Assembly: GCA_021777675.1 (NCBI GenBank)
Contig: JAJYDG010000001.1
Location: forward strand, 4,997-68,996
DNA: 64,000 bases
DNA from: a bacterium
GTDB lineage: Bacteria; Patescibacteriota; Minisyncoccia; Moranbacterales; UBA2206
Direction: 5' to 3'
Shown: one piece after another, positions 19,437-28,378 of the stretch
How the letters are laid out: each line of letters opens with the position of its first letter
Numbering within the stretch: position 1 is the stretch's first letter
Notes under the pieces: model-generated
What the model was told of the DNA's origin: nothing
The model's database searches: none
Seen by the model: the letters and a program-made list of their open reading frames with translations, nothing else
Position numbers and translations under genes: made by a program

Positions 19437-19599
19437 AAAATAAAAAATAGAAATATTATTTTTAGTAACTCTACCCGAATTGTAGCGAAATTTGACATTG
19501 AAAGCAAACGCTATTGACAAATTTTAAAATAAGCCTACAGTAAATAGTTAGATTTAATTTTGAATCTAATTTTCTTTAACAATCAAAGGAGGTTTGATA

Positions 19600-20801
19600 T
19601 GCTAAATTTTATTCTGTTTCCTTTTTTTTGGTTGGGGGCAAGACTGATTAGATTCGGTCTGTGTATGTTTGGTTTTAAAAAAGTAGTTGCGGTGCAAATA
19701 TCCAATTACCGTGACGAAGCCGATGTCCGGCTGTTTGGTTTTTGGAATATCGAAAAAGCTCCGCGTGTTCTTTCATGGACTCAGTATGCATGGGAAGGAA
19801 TACGTGGAAAACTTTTTATGATCCGCGTTACGACGGATCAGATAAAGAAAGCCTTGGAGAATGCAGCGTCATCGCCAAGAGAGTTATTGCGCATCCGTGA
19901 ATTATTTATGGAAGCGGTTGATGAAGCGATCAAGTTGGGTGTCAAAAACGTTCTATTGGCTGCCGCAACAAAGAGGCTTTTCAAGAAAGGAGAACTTGAA
20001 TTATTGTTTCCCGGAGTGATTTTTACTCTTGGGGATAATTTTACAGGCCTATTACTTGCTAGACGCATAAAGGATAATTTTCGGATATATGGATTGAATC
20101 CGAAAACATCCAGAGTGCTTGTGATAGCACCATATGGATTTTTAGGTAAGGTGGCGCTATGCACAGTTTGCGAACTTGGTTGCCAGGTTGTCGGTTTTGG
20201 AAACTCAAAAAGACCGGAACTGACAAATGGTTTGGCAAAAAAATTTGGCTTTTTTCCGGTATTTGATTTTTCGGATGTTGGAAAAGTTGATATGGTCATT
20301 GCTTGCAGCGAGGCAAGACCGGTTCAGTTAACTCCGGAAAGAGTAAAGATGATTCGCAAGGCGGGAAAAAAATTGATTGTTATTGATCCTTGCGAACCGG
20401 CAAATATGACGCCGGAAATGGTGAAAAAATGTCTCGGCGCAGTAACGCGTTTCGACGCCGGAAATGGATATAGCTCGAGATTGAAATATGTTCTCGGTTA
20501 TGTTTCATACCGGGTTTTGAGACTCACGAAAGGAGAAACGTGGGGCTGTTTTTGCGAAAATTTTTTAATCGCAAAACATGAAAATCTCCAACAAGAGGAG
20601 GATTGGTTTTCCGTGACGCCGGAGCGCATTGAGCGTCTAAAAAAATACTATGGCAATGGAATGGGGCAGTTTTGTTTGCCACCGGCAAGTTGTCATGGAA
20701 AAAGCATAACAACATTTCCCCTTTATTTTTCAGAGGGAAAAATAAAAAATAAAGGGGCTTTTAATCTCGTTTGGGATGGGATTAAAAGTATTTTTTTGTA
20801 A
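19600..20801 (+). CDS. hypothetical protein, possible Rossmann-fold (shikimate/amino-acid dehydrogenase-like) domain; locally GC-enriched
   Basis: ATG at 19600 preceded by AAAGGAGG SD; …VLVIAPYGFLGKVALCTVCELGCQVVGFGNS… resembles an NAD(P)-binding segment; GC visibly higher than flanks. Confidence 0.4.
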
Positions 20802-20811
20802 ACCGTTTATA

Positions 20812-20850
20812 GGGCTAAGTGAGAAAAATTTCTCACTTAGCCCGTTTTTA
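20812..20850 (+). terminator. rho-independent terminator (13-bp perfect stem GGGCTAAGTGAGA / TCTCACTTAGCCC + T-run)
   Basis: directly seen 11 nt after the stop of the 19600-20801 gene. Confidence 0.75.
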
Positions 20851-20866
20851 ATTATAAAATAAAAAA

Positions 20867-23191
20867 TTGATTTTGAAATTTAATAAAAAAATGCTAGAAT
20901 TAAAAAATAAAAATAGCTTAATTGCTTTTATGCACAACCTAAGTCTTTTGCAGGTTTATCCATTGATTAGTTTGATTTTTATATTAACTCTTGGATTGAT
21001 TGTGTTGAAAAAAAATAGGAAATCCAAAGTGGGGACATTATTTTTTTCGATTACTTGCCTTTTTTCAATTTGGCTATTTGGAACATTTAAAATGCTTACC
21101 TGCACAAGCGATAAAGATATTGTTTTTTGGGACAGATTTATTTATCTGGGAGTTGTTTTTATGCCGGCAATTCAATATCACTTTAGTTTAATTTTCACAA
21201 AAACAAATAAAATCAGGAAGGCATTGCTTATTGTTGCGTATGTTTTTTCGATAACCTTTTTATTTTTAAGTCGAACTGATTATTTTGTATCAGGTGTTTT
21301 TAGATATGCATGGGGTGTTCATACGCTAGCTCACATGGGACACGATTTTTTTATGGTTTTTTTCTTTTTTTATATTTTTGCTTTATTGTATAATTTTATT
21401 ATTCAATATGTAAATACTGGCATAAGAATTGAAAAGCGCAAGATAGTATTTTTAATTGCCAGTTTTTCCGTTTTAAATTTAATTGGAGGAATTGGGTATT
21501 TACCGGCGTATAAAATTTCTATCTATTCGCCAATTTCATTACTTGCCCCATTGGCTTTTTCTATAATGATGACTTATGCCATAATCGTGCATCGTTTAAT
21601 GGACATTAAATTGGTGATGCGCAGATATTCCGTTCGCCTGGTTTCCATAATTATAATTTTATCGGTAGCATTAGAAATGCGCAGTCTTGCCGGATTACAT
21701 TTTTCTACCTATGCGAATCTGGTTGATTTTTTGATTTTAATTTTTGCAGTCTTGACTTATGCGCCAATTAGGTCTGGTTGTTATCGTGTTGCCAATAAAT
21801 ATTTCTTTTCTTCGTTATATGATAGTCGTTATGTGATTGCCAAAATAAGCGATAAACTTAGATCAACATTGGAAATAAATAAAATCAGCGAAAGTATTTA
21901 TGACATGCTAAACAAAGCTTTTCATATGAAATCTTTTGCGGTTTTAACTTTTAATCAAAAAGAAAAATGCTACTATGTTCAATATAATAATGGATTTAAT
22001 CTTGGCACGAAAAAAAAGTTTTCCAGTGACAAATATTTATACGATAGATTCATTGCCGGAAATGAAATAATTCTTTTTGAGGAAATTAAAAATAAAGTTT
22101 ATGATGAGAACACAAAAAAACAAATCGACATACTCACGGCGTTGGATGTGGATGTTATTGCACCTCTAAATGTTAAAAATAAAACGATTGGATTGTTGGT
22201 TTTTGGCGCAAAAGAATCTGGCGATATATATAACGAAGAGGATTTGGAAGTTTTGGAAACCGTTGATGCTCAAGTGGCAATTGCAATTGAAAATGCCGCT
22301 CTCTATGAAGAAACAAAAAATTTCAATCTTAAGTTAAAAAAAGAAGTTGAAATGGCGACAAAGGAATTGCGATCAGCCAATGAGGAATTGAAAAAGCTCG
22401 ATCAAGCAAAAACAGATTTTCTCAACATTGCTTCGCATCAGCTCAGAACGCCAATATCGGTAATTAAAGGTGTGGCATCAATGTTTGCCGAAGGAGATAT
22501 GGACAATCTTCCGCCAGAAAAAAAACAAGATTTTTATCAAGCAATTATTGTTAAAAGCGAAAAATTGGAAATGATTGTGCATGATATTATGAATGCCACT
22601 TCACTTACCGCTAAAAAATATAGCGTAATGGACAAAGAAGCGGAAACAATTGATCTAAGAGAATTAATAGAAAATATTTTAAATGATTTCAATCTGGAAA
22701 TAGAAAAACGACAATTGATTGTTAAATTATTATCGGCGGAAGAAGCCACGCCTAAAATTAGAGGACAAAAAGAATACCTCAGAGAAGCATTTATAAATTT
22801 ATTGAGTAATGCCATAAAATATACTCCGTCTACCGGAATGACAAGCGATATCAGGAGTAAGCGAGACGAAAGAGGCGTGATTAAGATTAGTCTTGGAAGG
22901 GATCCAAAAAATGAAAATAATGTTTTAGTTAAAATAAAAGACAACGGAATTGGTATTCCCGCAGATGACTTGCCTAGATTGTTTAAGAAATTTTCTCGAG
23001 CAGAGAATGCTAAGAATATGTATACTGATGGGACAGGAATCGGCTTATTTGTTGTTAAGGAAGTAGTTGATGGTCACAATGGAAAAGTCTGGGTGGAAAG
23101 TGAACTGGGAAAAGGGTCGACATTTTTTGTCAGCTTGCCGATTTATTCCAAGGAAAAAGTAGATGTTAAAAAATATATTTTGACTAATTAG
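20867..23191 (+). CDS. sensor histidine kinase: multi-TM N-terminal domain, GAF domain, HisKA, HATPase_c
   Basis: ~8 hydrophobic helices in first 300 aa; H-box FLNIASHQLRTPISVIKG; N/G boxes …LLSNAIKYT… DNGIGIPADDLPRLFKKF… GTGIGLFVVK…. Confidence 0.85.
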   Translation: MILKFNKKMLELKNKNSLIAFMHNLSLLQVYPLISLIFILTLGLIVLKKNRKSKVGTLFFSITCLFSIWLFGTFKMLTCTSDKDIVFWDRFIYLGVVFMPAIQYHFSLIFTKTNKIRKALLIVAYVFSITFLFLSRTDYFVSGVFRYAWGVHTLAHMGHDFFMVFFFFYIFALLYNFIIQYVNTGIRIEKRKIVFLIASFSVLNLIGGIGYLPAYKISIYSPISLLAPLAFSIMMTYAIIVHRLMDIKLVMRRYSVRLVSIIIILSVALEMRSLAGLHFSTYANLVDFLILIFAVLTYAPIRSGCYRVANKYFFSSLYDSRYVIAKISDKLRSTLEINKISESIYDMLNKAFHMKSFAVLTFNQKEKCYYVQYNNGFNLGTKKKFSSDKYLYDRFIAGNEIILFEEIKNKVYDENTKKQIDILTALDVDVIAPLNVKNKTIGLLVFGAKESGDIYNEEDLEVLETVDAQVAIAIENAALYEETKNFNLKLKKEVEMATKELRSANEELKKLDQAKTDFLNIASHQLRTPISVIKGVASMFAEGDMDNLPPEKKQDFYQAIIVKSEKLEMIVHDIMNATSLTAKKYSVMDKEAETIDLRELIENILNDFNLEIEKRQLIVKLLSAEEATPKIRGQKEYLREAFINLLSNAIKYTPSTGMTSDIRSKRDERGVIKISLGRDPKNENNVLVKIKDNGIGIPADDLPRLFKKFSRAENAKNMYTDGTGIGLFVVKEVVDGHNGKVWVESELGKGSTFFVSLPIYSKEKVDVKKYILTN

Positions 23192-23208
23192 AATAAGCGT
23201 AAAAACAT

Positions 23209-23613
23209 ATGACAAGAGTATTGTTTGTTGAAGACGATCCTGATCAAATTATGATTTATGAAGTTAAATTTAGGCTGGAAGGTATCGATTTGACTGTTGC
23301 AACAGAAGAAAAAGAGGTGTTTGATGCTCTCGCAAAAGAAAAGATCGATTTGATTTTGTTGGATATTTTAATAAAAGAGCAAAACGGGCTTGATATTTTG
23401 GAGAAAATTAGAAAGGAAGCTGATTTCAAAAAACTTCCGGTAATTGTTTTTACAAATTTTGACAAAAAAGAAACGAGAGATAGGGCGGAAAGTCTTGGAG
23501 CGATTGATTATATTATTAAAGCACAAACATATCCTCGAGAGATGACGGAAAAAATAAAAGCTTTTGCAAAAACAGGGATTTATACTAAAGGAGTCAGCAA
23601 TAAAAGCGTTTAA
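23209..23613 (+). CDS. stand-alone response regulator receiver (REC) domain protein
   Basis: MTRVLFVEDDPDQ…LILLDILIKEQNGLDILEKIR…LPVIVFTNF… CheY-like fold with phospho-acceptor Asp; no output domain (134 aa). Confidence 0.85.
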   Translation: MTRVLFVEDDPDQIMIYEVKFRLEGIDLTVATEEKEVFDALAKEKIDLILLDILIKEQNGLDILEKIRKEADFKKLPVIVFTNFDKKETRDRAESLGAIDYIIKAQTYPREMTEKIKAFAKTGIYTKGVSNKSV

Positions 23614-23768
23614 TTTTTTGTTTTTCGTGTCATTCTCGCGAAGGCGGGAATCCATGTTTTATTAGTTTTAAATTAACGAGAAGCGAACCGTACACATACT
23701 AATCTGACTGTTTTTTTTGGAAACTGCTCTTTTAATTTCAGCTATATAAAATTACACCTCACACTCTG

Positions 23769-24464
23769 TCATTTCCTCACCAACTCCACCCGAATCCTTT
23801 TCGCCATAATTTTCCCATCATCGTCCCGATAATCTCCTTCTTCGGCCACTTTTTCAAAGCCCAGAAGTTTAACAATTTTATGCGACGGACCATTTTCCGG
23901 TACGTGCGCAATTAGTTTTTTTGCACCGCTAGAAAATTCTTTTTCCACAATTTCACGCAAAAAGTTTTCTCCGAAATAGAATTTTTGCAGAATCGGATCG
24001 ATATTCATCGCGCCCAAATAACGCTCGCCTTCCGGCAATGTTTCAATTTGCCCGTCGGATTTTACGAGGCAATTTGATGAACGCATAAAACCAACCATGT
24101 TTTCCAAAGACTTTTTTGGCTTGTCATTATTGTCTTTATCAAAATAGATCAAATAAAATTTGGGATTGTGCTTCTTGTGCGTTTCAAAATCAGTTAATAA
24201 CCGTGCCTGGTCTTCTTTGGATTTATGCTCAATGCTCGCGCGATACATCTCGGTGAGTTTTTCCACCAGTGCCGGATTTTTCACAAACCCCTCTTCACTG
24301 ACAGTTTCCATTTCCACCCCGCGAATATCTTCCAATTTTTGCCCCTCACCAGCTTTTTTGGTTGCAATCAAAAGCGCCGCCATAATCTCAATGTCGATCC
24401 GGCTTTTTTCCAAATCCATCAAAAGTTTTTGGATTTTTTCCTCGCTCGCCTTTCCGTTTTTCAA
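23769..24464 (-). CDS. hypothetical protein with possible C-terminal GNAT-like acetyltransferase fold
   Basis: 231 aa; C-terminal …QKFYFGENFLREIVEKEFSSGAKKLIAHVPENGPSHKIVKLLGFEKV… resembles GNAT motifs A/B; N-terminal half uncharacterised. Confidence 0.4.
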   Translation of the reverse strand: MKNGKASEEKIQKLLMDLEKSRIDIEIMAALLIATKKAGEGQKLEDIRGVEMETVSEEGFVKNPALVEKLTEMYRASIEHKSKEDQARLLTDFETHKKHNPKFYLIYFDKDNNDKPKKSLENMVGFMRSSNCLVKSDGQIETLPEGERYLGAMNIDPILQKFYFGENFLREIVEKEFSSGAKKLIAHVPENGPSHKIVKLLGFEKVAEEGDYRDDDGKIMAKRIRVELVRK

Positions 24465-24536
24465 TTCATTCGCAAATTGTAGGATTATACCATGAGCTTT
24501 TCTGAGTAGCTCCGTCCAAATATCCGCCGGAATTTT

Positions 24537-26114
24537 TTATTCTTTGTTCTTGAAAATAATTCCGGCCAGACTTTCGCTTTTTTGTTGAGCCAAGTCAACA
24601 ATACCGGATACTTTTTGAAAAATTTTCATCGCGTCCACTGAATCAATCTTTTCTCCTATCTTCAATATATTTTTCCCATTTTCAATATCAAATTCGCAAG
24701 TCAGGAATGTTTTTAAGCCGGAAAGCCCATATTTTTTAGTAAAATCTAACAATTGTTCTTTTTGTCCTTGCGTACTCAACTCAAAAGCGGCAGCGGCCAA
24801 CCACTGTTGTTCCTTCCAACTAAGATTATGAATTCCAATGCCACTTTTTTGGGAAAATTCATCACTTATTTTTTGAAGATAATTATAATCACCCAATAAA
24901 CTTACCCGTTCGGCATATTGCTCCGGCGATTCTTCTCTTTTTTTCTGGCTTTCCTTTGTTCGCAACCACGGACGAATCCTCTCGTTCATTTCTCTCTTAT
25001 TCAAAAATGTTCTGGCGGAAAGTTCACTACTCGAACTGTTGGGAAATTTTTCTTGCACTTCCGCTTTTTTTTCTTCTTTTTCTTTTTCGCTCAGTAATGG
25101 AAAGATATATTTTATTTCCTCTTTACCATCAGTTCGCACTACTACTCCCACCGTTTCTCGATCAAGCAGAACGGTTTTGATGTTTTCTGTCGGATATTTT
25201 TTGCCTTCAAAGATAAAGCCCTCTCTGCCCAGATAATATTTAACCCCGCCATGGGAGAAAAAATTAGCTTCTCCTTTTTTCATTTCCTTTTTTTCTCGCA
25301 ACAATTCTCCGCTCGACCCGGTTGCTATCACCCCAAAATCATCCATACGCAACATTCCATTAGCCAAAAGATGCGGGCATTCTTTCCGTAAAAATCGATG
25401 GATGGAAGATTTCATTTCCGTGAAAGAAAAATTGCCCATATTCTCCTCCAGCCAATCGATACTTAACGGACGATAAGCCTCTCTTTTTTTATCAAATACC
25501 AATAATTTTCCGTCCTTATTCCGCTTCGCGCCATATTCCCGATAAAGCTTGGTAGTTAAAGCAAATTCTTTCGGATTTATTTCCTCTCCATTTTTTGCTT
25601 GAAATTTAAAATTATTCCAAGATGTTTTCTTACTGATATCCCAAAAATTCAAATGATATTTTTTGGCCTTTAGCTTTTCTTCATTAAAAGATTCTTCTAT
25701 GCTATCCGGAACATTGAAAAGTGGCGTGGCGACAATATCTTTTCCCCCCTCACTTTTTTGCTGATACTCCTGCGGAGTTACGACATACAAATCACGCAAA
25801 GCATCAAATAATTCTTGCTTGCTTGATCGTAAAGTAAGCCTAGCGATTTCACTTGCATCCGCTTTTTTTGTCTTTTTTTCATCTTTCAAGGAAATTTCTA
25901 CCAAAAAACGTTCCACATCAAAAACAGCTAATTCATTTTCAAATTTCAAAATTCCGTCTTTTTCCAAAGCGGAAAAAACTTTTTCCCTCAAAGAATTGTT
26001 TTCTTTGTTTTCTAATCTATTTCCTGACACATTGAAATCAACTTTTTCATCCGCCTTTTTCTTGCTACCCACTGGCGTTTTGAAATAACCCTCTCCTTCT
26101 TCATATTTTCGCAT
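24537..26114 (-). CDS. large hypothetical protein (525 aa), no recognisable domain
   Basis: long uninterrupted ORF with balanced, Lys/Glu-rich composition typical of this genome; co-oriented with and 72 nt upstream of the GNAT-like gene. Confidence 0.6.
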   Translation of the reverse strand: MRKYEEGEGYFKTPVGSKKKADEKVDFNVSGNRLENKENNSLREKVFSALEKDGILKFENELAVFDVERFLVEISLKDEKKTKKADASEIARLTLRSSKQELFDALRDLYVVTPQEYQQKSEGGKDIVATPLFNVPDSIEESFNEEKLKAKKYHLNFWDISKKTSWNNFKFQAKNGEEINPKEFALTTKLYREYGAKRNKDGKLLVFDKKREAYRPLSIDWLEENMGNFSFTEMKSSIHRFLRKECPHLLANGMLRMDDFGVIATGSSGELLREKKEMKKGEANFFSHGGVKYYLGREGFIFEGKKYPTENIKTVLLDRETVGVVVRTDGKEEIKYIFPLLSEKEKEEKKAEVQEKFPNSSSSELSARTFLNKREMNERIRPWLRTKESQKKREESPEQYAERVSLLGDYNYLQKISDEFSQKSGIGIHNLSWKEQQWLAAAAFELSTQGQKEQLLDFTKKYGLSGLKTFLTCEFDIENGKNILKIGEKIDSVDAMKIFQKVSGIVDLAQQKSESLAGIIFKNKE

Positions 26115-26168
26115 AGTTCTAATCTTAATCTACTTATAGCCAATACTCATATTTTATACTATTTTAGG

Positions 26169-26210
26169 AAAAATAAAAAAGCCGTACATTGGGTGGTGAC
26201 CAAATGACGG
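26169..26210 (-). terminator. intrinsic terminator-like hairpin for a minus-strand transcript (GCCGTCAT…ATGTACGGC then U-run on minus strand)
   Basis: imperfect 8-9 bp stem 26181-26210 followed on the minus strand by TTTTTTATTTTT (A-run 26169-26180 on plus). Confidence 0.45.
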
Positions 26211-26653
26211 CTTTACGTTCGTGGTTGCGAACTGATTTTGCCCATCCTATTGCCGGGACCAGCTAGCAGGGATTCACGCGTTTACCGACTGCTTTGCGAC
26301 CGTTTGAGACTAGCAAAAAAACTAGTGAGTCTAGGATTTTAGACCCCAACCGGGTCAAACTTGACTGGTTGCCATCGGCAAGGGCAACCTTCTGGCCCCG
26401 AGAGGGGACCAGAAGGATGATCCTGCATCGTATGTTCTACGATGCAGGACACTTCCTTTCACAAATGTGAAAGAAAATGCCCTTCTTACTACATACTCAT
26501 GCTGGGGATCCTCCCAGCGAAGGCACAGACATTCGCCTGTACCTTCAATGACACCACTCCTAAAAAGGAATGGCATCAAAAAATTTAATTCTTCGGAGAT
26601 CCACATTGATCCTCCCCTGCCCGACTTACGCTTCGGGTCCGAGCGTTTTTTTT
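26181..26653. ncRNA. candidate large structured RNA (unidentified): GC-rich (~50%) run of near-perfect hairpins bounded by outward-facing hairpin+U-run structures
   Basis: hairpins seen directly: CCTTCTGGCCCC-GAGA-GGGGaCCAGAAGG (26396-26424), TCCTGCATCGTA-TGTTC-TACGATGCAGGA (26430-26458), TTTCAC-AAAT-GTGAAA, GCTGGG-GATCCT-CCCAGC, GAAGG…CCTTC; right end hairpin + TTTTTTTT at 26622-26653 (plus strand); strand undetermined. Confidence 0.35.
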
Positions 26654-26895
26654 GATTGTTTTTTCCGATCGCCATTTCAATTTTTGATTTTTTCAAAAAC
26701 TCAAACGGCAACCGGAAATGTAAACAACCTTTTTTAAACAACTTTCTTTCTCAAATCACAAACTATTTTATGATCTGGGATAAAAGCAGGAGAAAGCGCT
26801 TGGTGGCGTGGTGCGCCGTCGGCGTTGCGTGCGCTCTCTCCTCTATTTTGTGGTTGGCCGGTTTTTGTCAAAGACTGGAGCCGGCTTTCTCCGTT

Positions 26896-27330
26896 TTATC
26901 TGATTCCGAGAAAAATCTTCTCGAAATCAGCACAGAAAGGCCTCGGGACATAGTCCCAAGCCTTCCATTGTGCTTCCCAATTACTGGTGCTATTGCACCA
27001 GTAATAAAACTTGGAAAGCGCTTCTTTTTTTGCCACTAGTTCCTCGACCGAGGAACCCATGGCGTCGAGGACTATTTGCATAGCCCTCCCTATATCCGCC
27101 CCGTACGCGTGCGCATACGAGTAGAGAACACTCGAATCATTCCGGATGTTCTCTTCTGGTCTGATCCATATGTGGCCGTTGGCCACAAAATAGATCAATT
27201 TTTCTTCAAATTTTTTTTTGCTCTCACAGAAATCCGTGAGAGCATTTCCATTCCAACCTTCCACTGGATCGCTCCAGTTTCCGGCTGACGCCCTTCCGAG
27301 AAACTCGAAAGGGTTTAATTTTATTTCCAT
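26896..27330 (-). CDS. orphan GC-rich hypothetical protein (145-174 aa) inside the GC-rich block
   Basis: ORF track 26896-27420; internal ATG at 27330 (MEIKLNPFEFLGRASAGNWSDPVEGWNGNALTDF…); non-repetitive, Trp/Tyr-rich protein-like composition unlike the rest of the window; could also be a chance ORF in GC-rich structured DNA. Confidence 0.35.
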   Translation of the reverse strand: MEIKLNPFEFLGRASAGNWSDPVEGWNGNALTDFCESKKKFEEKLIYFVANGHIWIRPEENIRNDSSVLYSYAHAYGADIGRAMQIVLDAMGSSVEELVAKKEALSKFYYWCNSTSNWEAQWKAWDYVPRPFCADFEKIFLGIR

Positions 27331-27378
27331 TTCAACTCCCGTCCCATTTCTACCCCGCCAGACGTAGCGGCTAAAACA

Positions 27379-27550
27379 TTTACCACTAATAAAACTTAGT
27401 GGTATCCGGTTATTGACCATCGGAACCGGAAATTCCTATCCCCATTTTAGCTGGGGAATACTGGGTCAGTTCGCATCATTGCTCGTAATGAGTGGCGAAC
27501 CGAAAACTTATTCCCGGGGGACGAAGCGCTGATCCCCGGGTGTTTTTTTT
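27379..27550 (+). ncRNA. candidate small structured RNA or leader: five consecutive hairpins ending in a strong intrinsic terminator
   Basis: ACCACTAA-N6-TTAGTGGT, TCCGGTT…AACCGGA, CCCCA…TGGGG, GTTCGC[ATCATT…AATGA]…GCGAAC, then CCCGGGGG-N13-CCCCGGG + TTTTTTTT (27513-27550); no downstream plus-strand gene for ~800 nt. Confidence 0.3.
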
Positions 27551-28187
27551 GACTTTTCCCCAGAAAATTCCAGATTAAATGAATCCTAGATATTCGATGT
27601 CCATTATGGACATTAAATGTCTTTGTGCCCGGAATCTTTTGGGAAAAAGCCAAAGTATTTATTTTTTAACGAACTCTACGAACTAGCTCTTCTTTTCTAA
27701 TTCACAAAAATGCCAGTGATAATTTACATTTAATTTTCGAAGAAGAGAGATTTTGACGAAAAATCAAATTATATTCTCATCACTAGCATTTTTCTAAAGA
27801 TGATTCATAATCATCTCTAGCTCTCTTCTTTTTATTCGTAATCAAATGCACTTCTAGACTCTCTTCTATTGGAAAGCCTGCTTCCGATTTCAAAAATAAA
27901 TTGAAACCGGAGACCACTTTCCATCTCGCGATGGCTCGCGAAATGTGAAACGAATTTGTTTGCCTTGTCCTAGCCAACCAATCCATAACCCTACAAAAAA
28001 TTAATGGATTGCCTATCTCTCTCTACTAAGACTTTGGTATGCCTTTTCGTTTCTTGTGCCATTCAATGATCCTTTTCGTCTTGAACATCTTTTTTTCTTT
28101 CGAAAATTAGAAAATTTCAGGACAATCGTGATACATTATTTGATTGAAAGAACTTTGTTTTGTTAAGTGAAGATTCTCTCTTCTTCG

Positions 28188-28208
28188 ATTGCCAATCTCT
28201 CTGGCAAT
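28188..28208. promoter_or_regulatory. palindromic candidate operator ATTGCCA-N7-TGGCAAT upstream of the TrmB-like regulator gene
   Basis: 7-bp perfect inverted repeat with 7-nt spacer, ~80 nt upstream of the -35 element. Confidence 0.3.
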
Positions 28209-28290
28209 TCATCTTAACAAGCAAGTATAGCATCTTTTAAGCTAACTGTCAATTATACTCGACTTATTTTGCTTATTTTTATTTTATAAA

Positions 28291-28319
28291 TCCTAAATTG
28301 TTGACAATTTAAGCCATAT
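28291..28319 (+). promoter_or_regulatory. sigma70-type promoter: TTGACA - 17 nt - TATACT
   Basis: consensus -35, 17-nt spacer, near-consensus -10; ~60 nt upstream of the 28379 start codon. Confidence 0.6.
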
Positions 28320-28378
28320 TTGCTATACTTAACTTGTCGTCGCTTTTATTCGACATCTAGGCTTTTTTAGTCAATATC

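Noticed and set aside
23617-23665. Apparent palindrome GTCATTCTCGCGAAGGCGGGAATCC after the receiver gene as a terminator
   Set aside because: The two arms do not actually base-pair when written out (TCTCGCG versus CGGGAAT), so no convincing stem exists.
26181-26653. Assignment of the structured block as tmRNA, RNase P RNA or SRP RNA
   Set aside because: No tRNA-like GGUUCGAnUCC…CCA 3' end or tag-peptide frame was found, ruling against tmRNA. P4-like strands (CCCGACUUAC / AAGUCGGG) are too close to the ends for P1-P3, ruling against RNase P. There is no GGAA-tetraloop helix-8 motif, ruling against SRP. Only partial motif resemblances appear, so it is left as unidentified pending cmsearch.
26355-26741. 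128-aa minus-strand ORF inside the hairpin-dense block
   Set aside because: Translation is Arg/Gly/Ser/Cys-rich and low-complexity, typical of an open frame across GC-rich structured RNA-like DNA. It overlaps the perfect hairpins.
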